This document shows positions 50,195 through 59,988 of a stretch of DNA of 64,000 nt, piece after piece. The notes below the pieces were generated by a model. The model searched no databases and had not been told where the DNA came from. It saw only the letters and a program-made list of their open reading frames with translations. Every line of letters begins with the position of its first letter. The first letter of the stretch is position 1. Source of the stretch: Alloprevotella sp. (GTDB taxonomy: Bacteria; Bacteroidota; Bacteroidia; Bacteroidales; Bacteroidaceae); NCBI GenBank assembly GCA_045121635.1, contig JBGVGJ010000058.1:48294-112293 (forward strand). The letters run 5' to 3'. The position numbers and the translations under genes were made by a program.

Positions 50195-52540
50195 ATGAAA
50201 TACCTCTTCTCACTCCTCTTACTTGCTTCGTTGCTAACAATAGCCCCCATCCACGCTATTGCCCAAGAGCAAACCACCACACAAAAGGGGTTGTTCACCG
50301 TTACCCAGAAGGGCGAAAATTATTTCTTTGAAATTCCCGATTCGCTCGTTGGTCGCCTGTTCCTCGCAACGGTGCGCTACACAAACACTCCCGCCAACAC
50401 CTCAAAATATGGCGGTGAGCAAGCCAATCAGCAGTCTGTTTATTGGGAAAAGGCACCAGGCAACAAACTCTTGCTCCGTGCAAATATGTTTTTTGCCGAC
50501 ACCGATTCTACCGACAACATCAGTCGCTCGGTGTATGTCTCTTCTTCCGACCCCATCATCGGTGCCTTTAAGATTGAAGGCACTTCTGAGCGTGGCTATA
50601 AAATTAAGGTGAATTCCTTCTTTGAGGACGATGATCCCGCTCTCGGACTCAACCGTAGCGCAAAGACTACCCTGGGCGTTTCAAGCCTTCAGCGCGATCT
50701 TTCCTACATTGAGAGCATCAAGAGTTACCCCACAAACGTGGAGGTGCGCCTCGTAAAAACTTACTATGCCTCAAGCGGAAGCATCAGTGCGCAACGTACG
50801 GGAAATGCTACGATTGGTTTGAACATCTCCTTTGTGCTTCTTCCCAAAGAACCCATGCACCAACGCCTTTTCGACCCTCGCGTGGGATACTTCGCCAATC
50901 GTTGCGTGCCCTTCACGGATGACCAGCAAACGGTTAGCACACAAACGTTCATTACACGCTATCGCCTCGAACCCAAGGACTCACTTGCGGCCGACTCTAT
51001 GCGTCGCGGATTCCTTGTTGAACCCAAGAAACCCATCGTTTACTACATCGACCCCGCAACTCCCAAGCAATGGATACCCTACCTCATTCAGGGCGTAAAC
51101 GATTGGCAAGTGGCCTTCGAAAAAGCAGGTTTCAAGAATGCCATTATCGGTAAGGAATGGCCCAATGACCCCAGCATGTCGCTCGAAGACGCACGCTTTA
51201 GCGTCATCCGCTACCTTGCTTCTAACATTGAGAATGCCTACGGACCTAATGTTCATGATCCACGCTCAGGAGAGATTATCGAGAGTCACGTATGCTGGTA
51301 CCACAACGTGATGACCTTACTCCACGACTGGTATATGATTCAAGCGGGCACACTTGACGAAGCCGCGCGCAAGATGAAGTTTGACACCGAACTCATGGGT
51401 GAACTCATCCGCTTCGTGTCCAGTCATGAAGTTGGCCACTCCATGGGTTTGCGCCACAATTTCGGAGCCTCAAGTCTCTCGCCCGTAGATAGTCTGCGCA
51501 ATAAGGAATGGGTGGAAAAGCATGGGCACACCGCTTCCATCATGGACTATGCGCGCTTCAACTACGTTGCTCAACCCGAAGATAGCATCTCACGCAAGGG
51601 ACTCTTCCCCAGAATCAACGATTACGATATCTGGGCCATCCAATGGGGTTACACTCCCATGTTCGACGCTTACGATGCCGAAAGCGACCATTGGGAACTC
51701 GAGAAACTCGTTCAGGCAAACCTTCCCCACAATCCCCGACTCTGGTTTGGTGATGGCGAAACAAACAAGACCAATGACCCACGTTGTCAAACGGAAGACC
51801 TTGGCGACGACGCGATGAAGGCAAGCCATTACGGCATTCTCAACCTCAAGCTTGTCATTAAGAATCTCCCTGAGTGGACCTACGAAAGCAATGACATTTA
51901 TCACACAAACTTAAAGCGTGGTCTTGGAAATGTCTTCAACCAATACAGACGTTATATGGGGCATGTGGCACGTAATATCGGCGGTGTGCAATACAATTAC
52001 CGCACCGTGGATGAACCTGGTCAGGTTTACACTCCCACATCACGCGAAAAGCAACTCCGCGCCCTCGATTTCATTGATGAGCACGTCTTTACCTGTCCCT
52101 CATGGCTCATTGACGAACCCTTCGTAGCACGGCTCTATCCCCGTCCTGCCGACCTCACAGATAAGTATTGCGAAGATGTTTTGCACAACTACATTTTCGA
52201 CATTAGTGGTTGGATTGTGGGAGATGCCTTCAACGAAGAACTTCCTTTTGAAGACTATCTTGAAGAAGTTGACAAGCGCCTCTTCCGTGGCTTGGACATG
52301 GGCACAACCCTTGACGCTCATCGCCGACTTATGCAAACTACGGCGGTTGTTCAGCTCAACGATGCCTACCGTCGCTTCTCGGAATACGCAACTGATAGTC
52401 CACAACGCCCCTACTTCATGGATTATTACGAACGCCTTCACCGCCGACTCCTCAATGCGCGCGCATCGGACAAGGACACACGCCTCCACTACGCCAACCT
52501 TGCCGACCTTATCACTAAGGCGAAAGACGCGTTGAAGTAA
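50195..52540 (+). CDS. secreted zinc-dependent metalloprotease (DUF4953/DUF5117-type)
   Basis: Signal peptide, then HEVGHSMGLRHNF as the zincin motif. 781 aa. Confidence 0.75.
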   Translation: MKYLFSLLLLASLLTIAPIHAIAQEQTTTQKGLFTVTQKGENYFFEIPDSLVGRLFLATVRYTNTPANTSKYGGEQANQQSVYWEKAPGNKLLLRANMFFADTDSTDNISRSVYVSSSDPIIGAFKIEGTSERGYKIKVNSFFEDDDPALGLNRSAKTTLGVSSLQRDLSYIESIKSYPTNVEVRLVKTYYASSGSISAQRTGNATIGLNISFVLLPKEPMHQRLFDPRVGYFANRCVPFTDDQQTVSTQTFITRYRLEPKDSLAADSMRRGFLVEPKKPIVYYIDPATPKQWIPYLIQGVNDWQVAFEKAGFKNAIIGKEWPNDPSMSLEDARFSVIRYLASNIENAYGPNVHDPRSGEIIESHVCWYHNVMTLLHDWYMIQAGTLDEAARKMKFDTELMGELIRFVSSHEVGHSMGLRHNFGASSLSPVDSLRNKEWVEKHGHTASIMDYARFNYVAQPEDSISRKGLFPRINDYDIWAIQWGYTPMFDAYDAESDHWELEKLVQANLPHNPRLWFGDGETNKTNDPRCQTEDLGDDAMKASHYGILNLKLVIKNLPEWTYESNDIYHTNLKRGLGNVFNQYRRYMGHVARNIGGVQYNYRTVDEPGQVYTPTSREKQLRALDFIDEHVFTCPSWLIDEPFVARLYPRPADLTDKYCEDVLHNYIFDISGWIVGDAFNEELPFEDYLEEVDKRLFRGLDMGTTLDAHRRLMQTTAVVQLNDAYRRFSEYATDSPQRPYFMDYYERLHRRLLNARASDKDTRLHYANLADLITKAKDALK

Positions 52541-52556
52541 ATACTCATATAACTCA

Positions 52557-52608
52557 CGATTGGGTGTGTCAAAAAGCAAATTGACACACCCAATTTCTTT
52601 TTTTTGCA
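52557..52608 (+). terminator. strong rho-independent terminator after the metalloprotease gene
   Basis: cgattgggtgtgtcaaaaagcaaattgacacacccaat followed by ttctttttttt. Confidence 0.7.
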
Positions 52609-52782
52609 AGAAGAGCTTCGTGTAAATTACAAGGCTTTTTCACAGAATAATTTCTCATCTTCTACCAATTTGTCAAACACATATTTCAAAGCAAACGGAT
52701 AGGACGAAAAACTTTCAGAGAAATACTATTTTTCCGCGTAAATCTTTTTGTATCAACAATAAAGGGCGTAACTTTGCATCGC

Positions 52783-53004
52783 TTAACACAGCTAAACTAG
52801 ACCTGACTAAGCTTAAATTTAGGACGGTTCCAGTTTATTTAAAGAGGGGAACCCGGACATTTAAAGAATGATTAAGTAAAGATTATTAGATTAGTGAATG
52901 AATCCGCCCTGCTTTGCTTCACATAGGCAATTGTAGTGCACCGAAATGAGTAAAAACTTGTTTCAAAGTCCGAGAGGCGAAAGCCCCTCTTTTTTTGTTT
53001 TTAG
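52783..53004 (+). ncRNA. candidate small RNA (promoter-to-terminator unit without ORF; possibly 6S-like)
   Basis: A Bacteroidetes-type promoter sits upstream, with TTTG at 52747..52750 and TAACTTTG at 52769..52776. About 215 nt follow with no ORF. A GC-rich GAAA-tetraloop hairpin gaggcGAAAgcccctc plus ttttttt lies at 52972..53004. A second hairpin with a T-run lies at 53020..53046. Confidence 0.4.
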
Positions 53005-53479
53005 GGCTATTGCGTCCGAACAGAAACGCATTTTTTTACGACGCCCACCTCCCCTGCATTTTTCCTCATTTTTCACTCAAAACTTTAACACATATTAACA
53101 TTCGCATAGCTTAAAATCGCATCAAAATCTATTCTTGGAAGCACAATTTGTACGCTCGGCGCAAAAATAAGTTACCTTGAAAAAACGATAATACTCATTT
53201 TTGCCCCAAAATAAGTAACCTTGTGAACGAAAAAAAGTGAAGATAACCCCGATTCCAGGGACTATCTCCACTTCCGTAGTACAAAGATACATCATTTCAG
53301 AGCGAAAAGCAAATGCGTTAACACTTGTTAACGCTATAATTATTTTACTTTTTTCTTCATTTTTGATATTTAATCTTCCAATACAGACAAAAAGAAAACC
53401 CACAGGAACACCTGTGGGCTCTAAAACGTGTCTATGCTCGGCTATCGCTCAGCTAACACGTCTTTCGCTTGGCTGTAAA

Positions 53480-53659
53480 TTAAGCAGCAACTGTGTCAGC
53501 AGCAACTGTGTCAGCAGCAACTGAATCAACAACTGTAGTATCAACTACTGTAGTGTCGATTGAATCAGCAGCAACTTCAGCAGCGGGAGTAGCGTTACCA
53601 CCGCAAGAAGCGAAAGAAACTGCAGCGAAAGCAGCGAACATGAAAACCAACTTCTTCAT
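53480..53659 (-). CDS. small repetitive lipoprotein (59 aa), below the ORF-track cutoff
   Basis: The minus strand encodes MKKLVFMFAAFAAVSFASCGGNATPAAEVAADSIDTTVVDTTVVDSVAADTVAADTVAA, with a signal peptide, a lipobox FASC and DTVAA-type repeats. A minus-strand terminator (cccacaggtgttcctgtggg followed by ttttcttttt) lies at 53389..53421. Confidence 0.55.
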   Translation of the reverse strand: MKKLVFMFAAFAAVSFASCGGNATPAAEVAADSIDTTVVDTTVVDSVAADTVAADTVAA

Positions 53660-53934
53660 TTTCTTTGTTAATTTTTAAAAGTGATACAATTAATTGTCCT
53701 ATTAAAACGGTGCAAAATTACAGACTTTTTCCATTCCGAAAAAAATATCCATTAAAAAAATATACTTTTTTGCAGAAAATTTAACAATTTAACATTCTAA
53801 GTACCTGTTTTGTTATGCTGATTTTACAAATAAATAAAACATCTTCAAGACATTACGAAAAATAGAACAAAAATTTCGTGGGATAAAATACGGGGTGTGT
53901 CTGGCTTTTGTTGTAAATTTGTAGCAAATAAGGA

Positions 53935-54036
53935 TATAAGGTTATAGGTTGTAGGTCGCTACACTTTAAGGGATAAGACTATGCGGCTTGATTCCACACC
54001 TTATAACCTCATAACCTCATAACCTCATAACCTTAC
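53935..54036. repeat. family-1 repeat, copy I
   Basis: aaggatataaggttataggttgtaggtcgctacactttaag...ccacaccttataacctcataacctcataacctcataacc, upstream of mtaB. Confidence 0.6.
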
Positions 54037-54057
54037 ATATACTATATAATATATTTT

Positions 54058-55395
54058 GTGAATTCTCCTTTATTAAATAAGAAAGCAGCCTTTCACACAT
54101 TAGGTTGCAAACTCAATTTCGCGGAAACCTCCTCACTTCAAGACGCCCTGCGCCTGCGTGGCATGCAGATGGCAGAGAAGGGCGAGGTAGCGGACTTGTG
54201 CATCATTAATACCTGTAGTGTGACCGACACTGCCGACTCCAAGTGCCGCCAAACGATTCACCGCTTTACGCGCAAACACCCCGGTGCGTTCGTTGTGGTG
54301 ATGGGGTGTTACGCCCAGTTGCAACCCGATACGATTGCGGCATTTGAGGGTGTGGACCTAGTGGTGGGCATGGAGCATAAGGGCGAGGTGATCCGCCTGA
54401 TCGAAGAGCGTTGGGCAAAGAAGGGAACGCTGGCGCAGGGCGAGGCGTGCCACGAAGCGATTGCCGTACCTACGCGCGAGATTTCGACCTTCGTGCCCTC
54501 ATGTTCGCACGGCGACCGCACGCGCTACTTCCTCAAGGTTCAGGATGGTTGCAACTATTACTGCACCTACTGCACCATCCCCATGGCACGTGGGAAGAGC
54601 AGAAACGGAACGATTGAAAGCCTCGTTAGTCAAGCACAAGAAGTGGCGACTGAGGGAGGCAAGGAAATTGTTATCACGGGTGTGAACATCGGTGACTTTG
54701 GCCGCTCCACGGGCGAGACGTTCTTTGACCTCGTAAAGGCTTTGGATGCCGTGGAAGGCATTGAGCGCTACCGCATTTCGTCGATCGAACCCAACTTGCT
54801 CACTACGGAGATTATTGACTTCTGCGCGCAGTCGAAGAAGTTTATGCCCCATTTCCACATTCCCCTTCAAAGTGGTAGCGATGCGGTACTTAAGTTGATG
54901 CGCCGCCGCTATGACACCGCCCTTTTTGCTGAAAGAATCAACTACATCAAGCAGGTAATGCCCGATGCCTTTATCGGGGTGGACGTCATCGTGGGGATGC
55001 GTGGCGAGACGGACGAACTGTTTGAGGAGGCGTACAATTTTATTAAGGGGCTTGAGATTTCGCAACTCCATGTGTTCTCTTATTCCGAACGCCCCGGCAC
55101 ACGCGCACTTGAAATTCCCTACAAAGTGGATGCACAAACCAAGCACGAGCGCAGCCAACGCCTTATCGAACTCTCAGAAGAGAAGCGCAAGGCACACTAT
55201 GCCGCTCACATCGGCACAACCCGCCCCGTGCTTTGGGAGCATGCCAAGAACGGCGCGCCATTGAGCGGATTTACAGATAATTATATTAAAGTGACGCAAG
55301 CAGAAGGCTGCGAAGCGACAGACAATACGCTCTCTGTAGTGCGCCTCGGCGAATTTACTGAAGACCAAGAAACTTTATGGGCAACACAAGCATGA
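54058..55395 (+). CDS. mtaB: radical-SAM methylthiotransferase (MiaB/RimO/MtaB family, MtaB-like)
   Basis: N-terminal MTTase Cys triad (GCKLN...NTCSVT), the radical SAM CxxxCxxC (CNYYCTYCTIP) and a TRAM-like C-terminus. Apparent GTG start. Confidence 0.75.
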   Translation: MNSPLLNKKAAFHTLGCKLNFAETSSLQDALRLRGMQMAEKGEVADLCIINTCSVTDTADSKCRQTIHRFTRKHPGAFVVVMGCYAQLQPDTIAAFEGVDLVVGMEHKGEVIRLIEERWAKKGTLAQGEACHEAIAVPTREISTFVPSCSHGDRTRYFLKVQDGCNYYCTYCTIPMARGKSRNGTIESLVSQAQEVATEGGKEIVITGVNIGDFGRSTGETFFDLVKALDAVEGIERYRISSIEPNLLTTEIIDFCAQSKKFMPHFHIPLQSGSDAVLKLMRRRYDTALFAERINYIKQVMPDAFIGVDVIVGMRGETDELFEEAYNFIKGLEISQLHVFSYSERPGTRALEIPYKVDAQTKHERSQRLIELSEEKRKAHYAAHIGTTRPVLWEHAKNGAPLSGFTDNYIKVTQAEGCEATDNTLSVVRLGEFTEDQETLWATQA

Positions 55396-56414
55396 AGACA
55401 GAAAAGAAGATTGCCGTAGTCATCCTCAACTGGAACGGCAAGGAGATGATGCGCCAGTTTCTGCCCTCGGTGGTGCGCTTCAGCGAAGAATTGGCGGATG
55501 TTATCGTGGCAGATAATGCTTCTACCGACGGTTCGTTAGAGATGCTGGCAGCGGAGTTTCCCACAGTTGGAACTATCGTACTTGACCAGAATTATGGCTT
55601 TGCAGAAGGCTATAATCGTGCCCTTGCGCAGGTCAGTCACCCCTACTTACTCCTGCTCAACTCGGATGTAGAAGTGAGCGAAGGGTGGTTGCGCCCCCTA
55701 CTCTCCTACATGGAAGAAAATAAGGAAGTTGCAGCGTGCCAACCCAAGCTTTTGAGTCAGCGCGAGAAGGATATGTTTGAATATGCGGGTGCTTCAGGCG
55801 GTTACCTTGATAGATATGGGTATCCCTTCTGCCGCGGCAGAATTTTTCATGTCGTAGAAAAGGATTGTGGTCAGTATAACGATATCAAAGATGTGCTTTG
55901 GGCAACGGGTGCCGCACTAATGGTGCGCCGTGAGGACTGGGTAAGTTCGGGCGGATTGGACGGTCGCTTCTTTGCCCACATGGAAGAGATAGACTTGTGC
56001 TGGCGTCTGAGAAATAGAGGCCGACGCATTGTGTGCGTACCGCAAAGTGTGGCGTACCATGTTGGGGGTGCTACTCTCGACCAGGGAAATCCGCGCAAGA
56101 CCTTCCTCAACTTCCGCAACAACCTCCTGATGCTTTACAAGAACCTACCCGAAGCAGAACTCCATTCGGTAATGCGCACGCGCGCCCTTCTGGATTATGT
56201 GGCAGCCTTCAAGTTCTTGGCAACCTTTGACTTCCCCAACTTCCGTGCCGTCCTTAAGGCGCGTAAGGAATACCAACGCATGCGCCCCGACTTCACGCCC
56301 CAGCGCGTGGAAAACTTGCAGAAGACCGTGAATGATTCACTCCCCGAGCGCATGAACTTCAGCATCCTCTGGCAGTTTTATGCGAGGGGGAAGAAGTTGT
56401 TTGCGGAATTGTAG
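55392..56414 (+). CDS. family 2 glycosyltransferase
   Basis: GT-A fold N-terminus (IAVVILNWNG..., DNASTDGS, DxD-like LNSDVEV). Its start overlaps the mtaB stop by ATGA. Confidence 0.7.
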   Translation: MKTEKKIAVVILNWNGKEMMRQFLPSVVRFSEELADVIVADNASTDGSLEMLAAEFPTVGTIVLDQNYGFAEGYNRALAQVSHPYLLLLNSDVEVSEGWLRPLLSYMEENKEVAACQPKLLSQREKDMFEYAGASGGYLDRYGYPFCRGRIFHVVEKDCGQYNDIKDVLWATGAALMVRREDWVSSGGLDGRFFAHMEEIDLCWRLRNRGRRIVCVPQSVAYHVGGATLDQGNPRKTFLNFRNNLLMLYKNLPEAELHSVMRTRALLDYVAAFKFLATFDFPNFRAVLKARKEYQRMRPDFTPQRVENLQKTVNDSLPERMNFSILWQFYARGKKLFAEL

Positions 56415-56483
56415 GGGGACTGGCAATAGGCCGTTACAGGCAGCGACAGGCCTTAACAAGCCATAACAATCGCCGCCCCACTC

Positions 56484-56514
56484 CGCAAGGCATTACTCAC
56501 TACTCACTCCTAAC
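56484..56514. repeat. family-2 repeat, copy 2
   Basis: ttactcactactcactcctaactactcactac, about 15 nt upstream of the 56529 ATG. Confidence 0.6.
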
Positions 56515-56528
56515 TACTCACTACCACA

Positions 56529-57242
56529 ATGCCCTTATACCTCATCCCCGTAACCCTTGGTGACACACCGCATGAGCGCGTGTTGCCCGCATATAATAAA
56601 GAAGTGATACTCGGTTTGCGCCACTTCATCGTAGAAGAGTTGCGCACCGCCCGACGCTTCTTGAAGCAAGTAGAGAAGTCGATTGATATTGACAGTCTTC
56701 AGTTTTACACCATGGGCAAGCACGCTGATGCGGCGCTCTTCTCCAAGTATTTAGAACCGCTCCGCCGTGGTGAGTCGATAGGTGTGATTTCCGAAGCTGG
56801 ATGTCCCGCCGTGGCTGACCCGGGTGCAGATATTGTTGCCATTGCACAGCGTGAGGGGCATCAGGTAGTGCCCCTCGTAGGACCTTCGTCCATTCTCTTA
56901 GCAGTGATGGCGAGTGGGTTTAACGGACAAAGTTTTGCCTTTCACGGGTATCTGCCCATCGATGCTTCCGACCGCAGCAAGCGCCTGAAGCAGTTGGAAC
57001 AGCGCTCCATGCATGAGAACCAAACACAGCTCTTTATTGAGACTCCCTACCGCAATGCCAAACTCTTTGCCGACATCCTTTCTGCCTGTGCGCCCCAAAC
57101 GCGACTCTGCGTAGCGGCAGGCATTACGACGGAGCAGGAATACATCCGTTCAATGACGCTTAAGGAATGGAAGCAAAAGGGACTGCCCGACCTTGGAAAG
57201 ATTCCTGCTATCTTCGCCATCTATGCGGGAGGACGGAAATAA
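56529..57242 (+). CDS. tetrapyrrole-methylase-fold SAM-dependent methyltransferase (RsmI-like)
   Basis: MPLYLIPVTLGD..., VISEAGCPAVADPG and GPSSILLA are typical of the RsmI/YraL family. Confidence 0.7.
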   Translation: MPLYLIPVTLGDTPHERVLPAYNKEVILGLRHFIVEELRTARRFLKQVEKSIDIDSLQFYTMGKHADAALFSKYLEPLRRGESIGVISEAGCPAVADPGADIVAIAQREGHQVVPLVGPSSILLAVMASGFNGQSFAFHGYLPIDASDRSKRLKQLEQRSMHENQTQLFIETPYRNAKLFADILSACAPQTRLCVAAGITTEQEYIRSMTLKEWKQKGLPDLGKIPAIFAIYAGGRK

Positions 57243-57364
57243 TAATCGAGAAAGTTTTTTTACAACGTGATGTTATATACTGCAAACTTATTTATATATT
57301 TGCAGTAACAAGGTTGCAAACAATTTGACATTAAGATTATAGACCTTAAGACTATAAATATCTA

Positions 57365-57958
57365 ATGATTATGGAACACTATTGGAATTTGTACACAGAA
57401 CTTCCTACGCTGATGCAAATCTTTTGGGGATGTGCCCTGATTAGCACAACGATTATGGTAGTTCAGTTTATCCTTTCACTTTGCGGAATTGGCGATGTTG
57501 AAATGGATGTTGATTTTGACTCGGCAGACGGATTAGACGCAGCAACAGCAGGAGACCTTTTCTCAATTAAAAACCTCATTATATTCTTTGTAGGTTTCGG
57601 TTGGGCAGGTATCAGTTTCCGCGATGTAATCCCCCAAGACACACTCTTAATTCTTGCTGCTGTAGTATGCGGATGCTTCTTCGTAATTTCGTTTATTTTA
57701 ATTTTCAAGCAGTTGATGAAGTTCGAAGGCAATGGCGCCGTACGCATGGAAGCAGCAGTGGGCAAAAAGGGCGAAGTATATCTCCGCATTCCCGCCAAGC
57801 GCAATGGCAAGGGTAAGGTAACGGTGAGCCTCAACGGTGTAGCCCGCGAATACAATGCCGTTACTAATGATGACGAGATGATTCCCTCAGGAAAAATCGT
57901 GGATATCATTGGCAGCACAGGTGAAGGCACCTTACTTGTTACAGCACGCCTCTCCTAA
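57365..57958 (+). CDS. NfeD-like membrane protein (C-terminal OB-fold)
   Basis: N-terminal TM helices plus a C-terminal beta domain (GKKGEVYLRIPAKRNGKGKVTVSLNGVAREYNAV). It immediately precedes the flotillin gene. Confidence 0.65.
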   Translation: MIMEHYWNLYTELPTLMQIFWGCALISTTIMVVQFILSLCGIGDVEMDVDFDSADGLDAATAGDLFSIKNLIIFFVGFGWAGISFRDVIPQDTLLILAAVVCGCFFVISFILIFKQLMKFEGNGAVRMEAAVGKKGEVYLRIPAKRNGKGKVTVSLNGVAREYNAVTNDDEMIPSGKIVDIIGSTGEGTLLVTARLS

Positions 57959-58000
57959 ACAACTCTCAAGAATTACAATAACTTAAATACTTTATAAGAT

Positions 58001-59371
58001 ATGGAAATTATTATTATTGGCGTCGTTATTGGTGTATTCACCATCGTAGCACTTCTTAATCGCTACCGCCGTTGTCCTTCCGACAAGATTCTCGTCATCT
58101 ATGGTAATAAGGGTAAAGGTTCTGCCAAGTGTATTCATGGTGGCGGTGCATTTGTATGGCCCGTTATTGAAGATTATGCTTACTTAAGTCTTATCCCTAT
58201 TTCAATTGATGCAAACCTTACAAACGCATTGAGCCGCCAGAACATCCGCGTGGACGTACCCAGCCGCTTTACCGTGGGTATTTCTACCGACCCCGACTAT
58301 ATGTTGGCAGCCGCAGAACGTCTTCTTGGCCTTTCTCCCACACAGATTCAAGAATTGGCACGCGATATTCTCTTCGGTCAACTCCGTTTGGTTATCGCTA
58401 CCATGAGTATTGAAGAATTGAACAACGACCGTGACAAGTTCTTGGAACAGATTTCTGCTAACGTGGAAGTGGAATTGAAGAAGATTGGTCTCCGCCTCAT
58501 CAACGTAAACGTAACGGACATCAAGGACGAGTCTGGTTACATCGAAGCCCTCGGTCGTGAAGCTGCAGCACGCGCTATCAACGAAGCAAAGGTACGCGTT
58601 GCAGAACAGGAAAAGGTCGGTGAAATCGGTAAGGCAGAAGCAGTTAGAGAAACTCGTATTCGTACTGCAGAAGCCAACGCTCAGGCCGTAAAGGGTGAGA
58701 ATGAAGCGAAGGTAGAAATCGCTAATTCTGAAGCATACCGCCGTGAGCGCGAAGCGGAAGCACAGCGTAAGGCAAGTGCTGCTGAAAAGGTGCAACAGGC
58801 TAAGGCGCTTGAAGAAGCATACGCAGCTGAACGCGACGCTGAATTGGCGCGTGCACAGCGTGAACGCAGTACAGAAACAGCCAATGTGATTGTGCCTCAA
58901 GAAATCGAAAAGCAGCGTCTTATTATCGCCGCAGAAGCTGAAGCAGAACAGAAGCGCGTAAACGCAAAGGGTGAAGCCGACGCTATCTATGCGAAGATGG
59001 AAGCTGAAGCAAAGGGTCTCTATGAAATCCTTACCAAGCAGGCTGCCGGTTACGACAAGATGGTGCAAGCAGCAGGCGGAGATGCCAACAAGGCTTACAT
59101 GTTGCTCTTGCTTGAAAAGCTTCCCGAACTCGTTAAGACTCAGGTTGAAGCCGTTAAGGGTATCAACATCGACCACGTTACTGTTTGGGACAGCGGTCAG
59201 GGTGCTAACGGTGGCAAGGGTTCTACTGCGAACTTCGTTTCTGGACTCATGCAGAGCGTTCCTCCCCTCAACGAACTCTTTGACATGGCTGGGTTGAACC
59301 TCCCCGAATACCTTGCGAAGAAGAAGCAAGAACCTGTTCAGGAAGCTGAAGTTGTAGAAGTGAAGAAGTAA
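58001..59371 (+). CDS. flotillin-family SPFH/band-7 protein
   Basis: N-terminal TM, an SPFH domain and a long Ala/Glu-rich coiled coil (EAEAQRKASAAEKVQQAKALEEAYAAERDAELARAQRE). Confidence 0.8.
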   Translation: MEIIIIGVVIGVFTIVALLNRYRRCPSDKILVIYGNKGKGSAKCIHGGGAFVWPVIEDYAYLSLIPISIDANLTNALSRQNIRVDVPSRFTVGISTDPDYMLAAAERLLGLSPTQIQELARDILFGQLRLVIATMSIEELNNDRDKFLEQISANVEVELKKIGLRLINVNVTDIKDESGYIEALGREAAARAINEAKVRVAEQEKVGEIGKAEAVRETRIRTAEANAQAVKGENEAKVEIANSEAYRREREAEAQRKASAAEKVQQAKALEEAYAAERDAELARAQRERSTETANVIVPQEIEKQRLIIAAEAEAEQKRVNAKGEADAIYAKMEAEAKGLYEILTKQAAGYDKMVQAAGGDANKAYMLLLLEKLPELVKTQVEAVKGINIDHVTVWDSGQGANGGKGSTANFVSGLMQSVPPLNELFDMAGLNLPEYLAKKKQEPVQEAEVVEVKK

Positions 59372-59395
59372 TTCTCCCCCCTCTTAAAAGGAATA

Positions 59396-59430
59396 AAACA
59401 CCGCTCGCACTGCGACGCGGTGTTTTTTAT
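59396..59430 (+). terminator. terminator after the flotillin gene
   Basis: aaaacaccgctcgcactgcgacgcggtg followed by ttttttat. Confidence 0.65.
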
Positions 59431-59498
59431 ATATGTGTATCTCTTAAATTTTCAAAAATATATAGTAACTTTGCACGACAAATTAAATTCTCATAACT

Positions 59499-59939
59499 AT
59501 GAACACCAGCGAACACACGCTTCAGCAAATCGGACGCGCCCTCAAAAAGGTGGCGCAGAAATTCAAGATTGAACTTGAAAATCAACCCTTGACCGATATT
59601 CATATACAGGTTAACCCAGAAAGCGGTGAGTTGCTCGTGTTCAATGACGAGGACATCGAGATTACGCGTTGTGTGGTGGAAGAGTGGATTAACTACCACA
59701 ATGAAAACTTCTACGACATCGTTAAGCAGCAGTTGCTCAAGGCAATTCAGGAGCACAAGGAGGAACTTGAAAACCTCTGCATCTTGAAACCCTACTCTTT
59801 CGTGCTTGTCGATGAAGACCACGAAACGATTTGCGACCTCTACCTCGTTGACGATGACACCATCGTGCTTGATGGCGAACTCATGGCGGGATTGAGCGAC
59901 GACCTTGATAGTTTCTGGGAGGAACTTTCAAGCAGATAA
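59499..59939 (+). CDS. hypothetical acidic protein
   Basis: 146-aa clean ORF with no recognisable motif. Confidence 0.5.
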   Translation: MNTSEHTLQQIGRALKKVAQKFKIELENQPLTDIHIQVNPESGELLVFNDEDIEITRCVVEEWINYHNENFYDIVKQQLLKAIQEHKEELENLCILKPYSFVLVDEDHETICDLYLVDDDTIVLDGELMAGLSDDLDSFWEELSSR

Positions 59940-59988
59940 CCGCCTCAACACAATATTCTAAACGAAACTAAAAATTTTACAACATACT

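Noticed and set aside
52783-53004. Assigning the candidate sRNA specifically as 6S RNA or SRP RNA
   Set aside because: The SRP domain IV consensus (GGUCAGGUCCGGAAGGAAGCAGC) is absent. 6S cannot be called without covariance-model or structure evidence, so it is left as an unnamed candidate.
53237-53678. Plus-strand ORFs 53237..53524 and 53493..53678
   Set aside because: They are antisense or overlapping to the better-supported minus-strand small lipoprotein gene and its terminator, with low-complexity translation.
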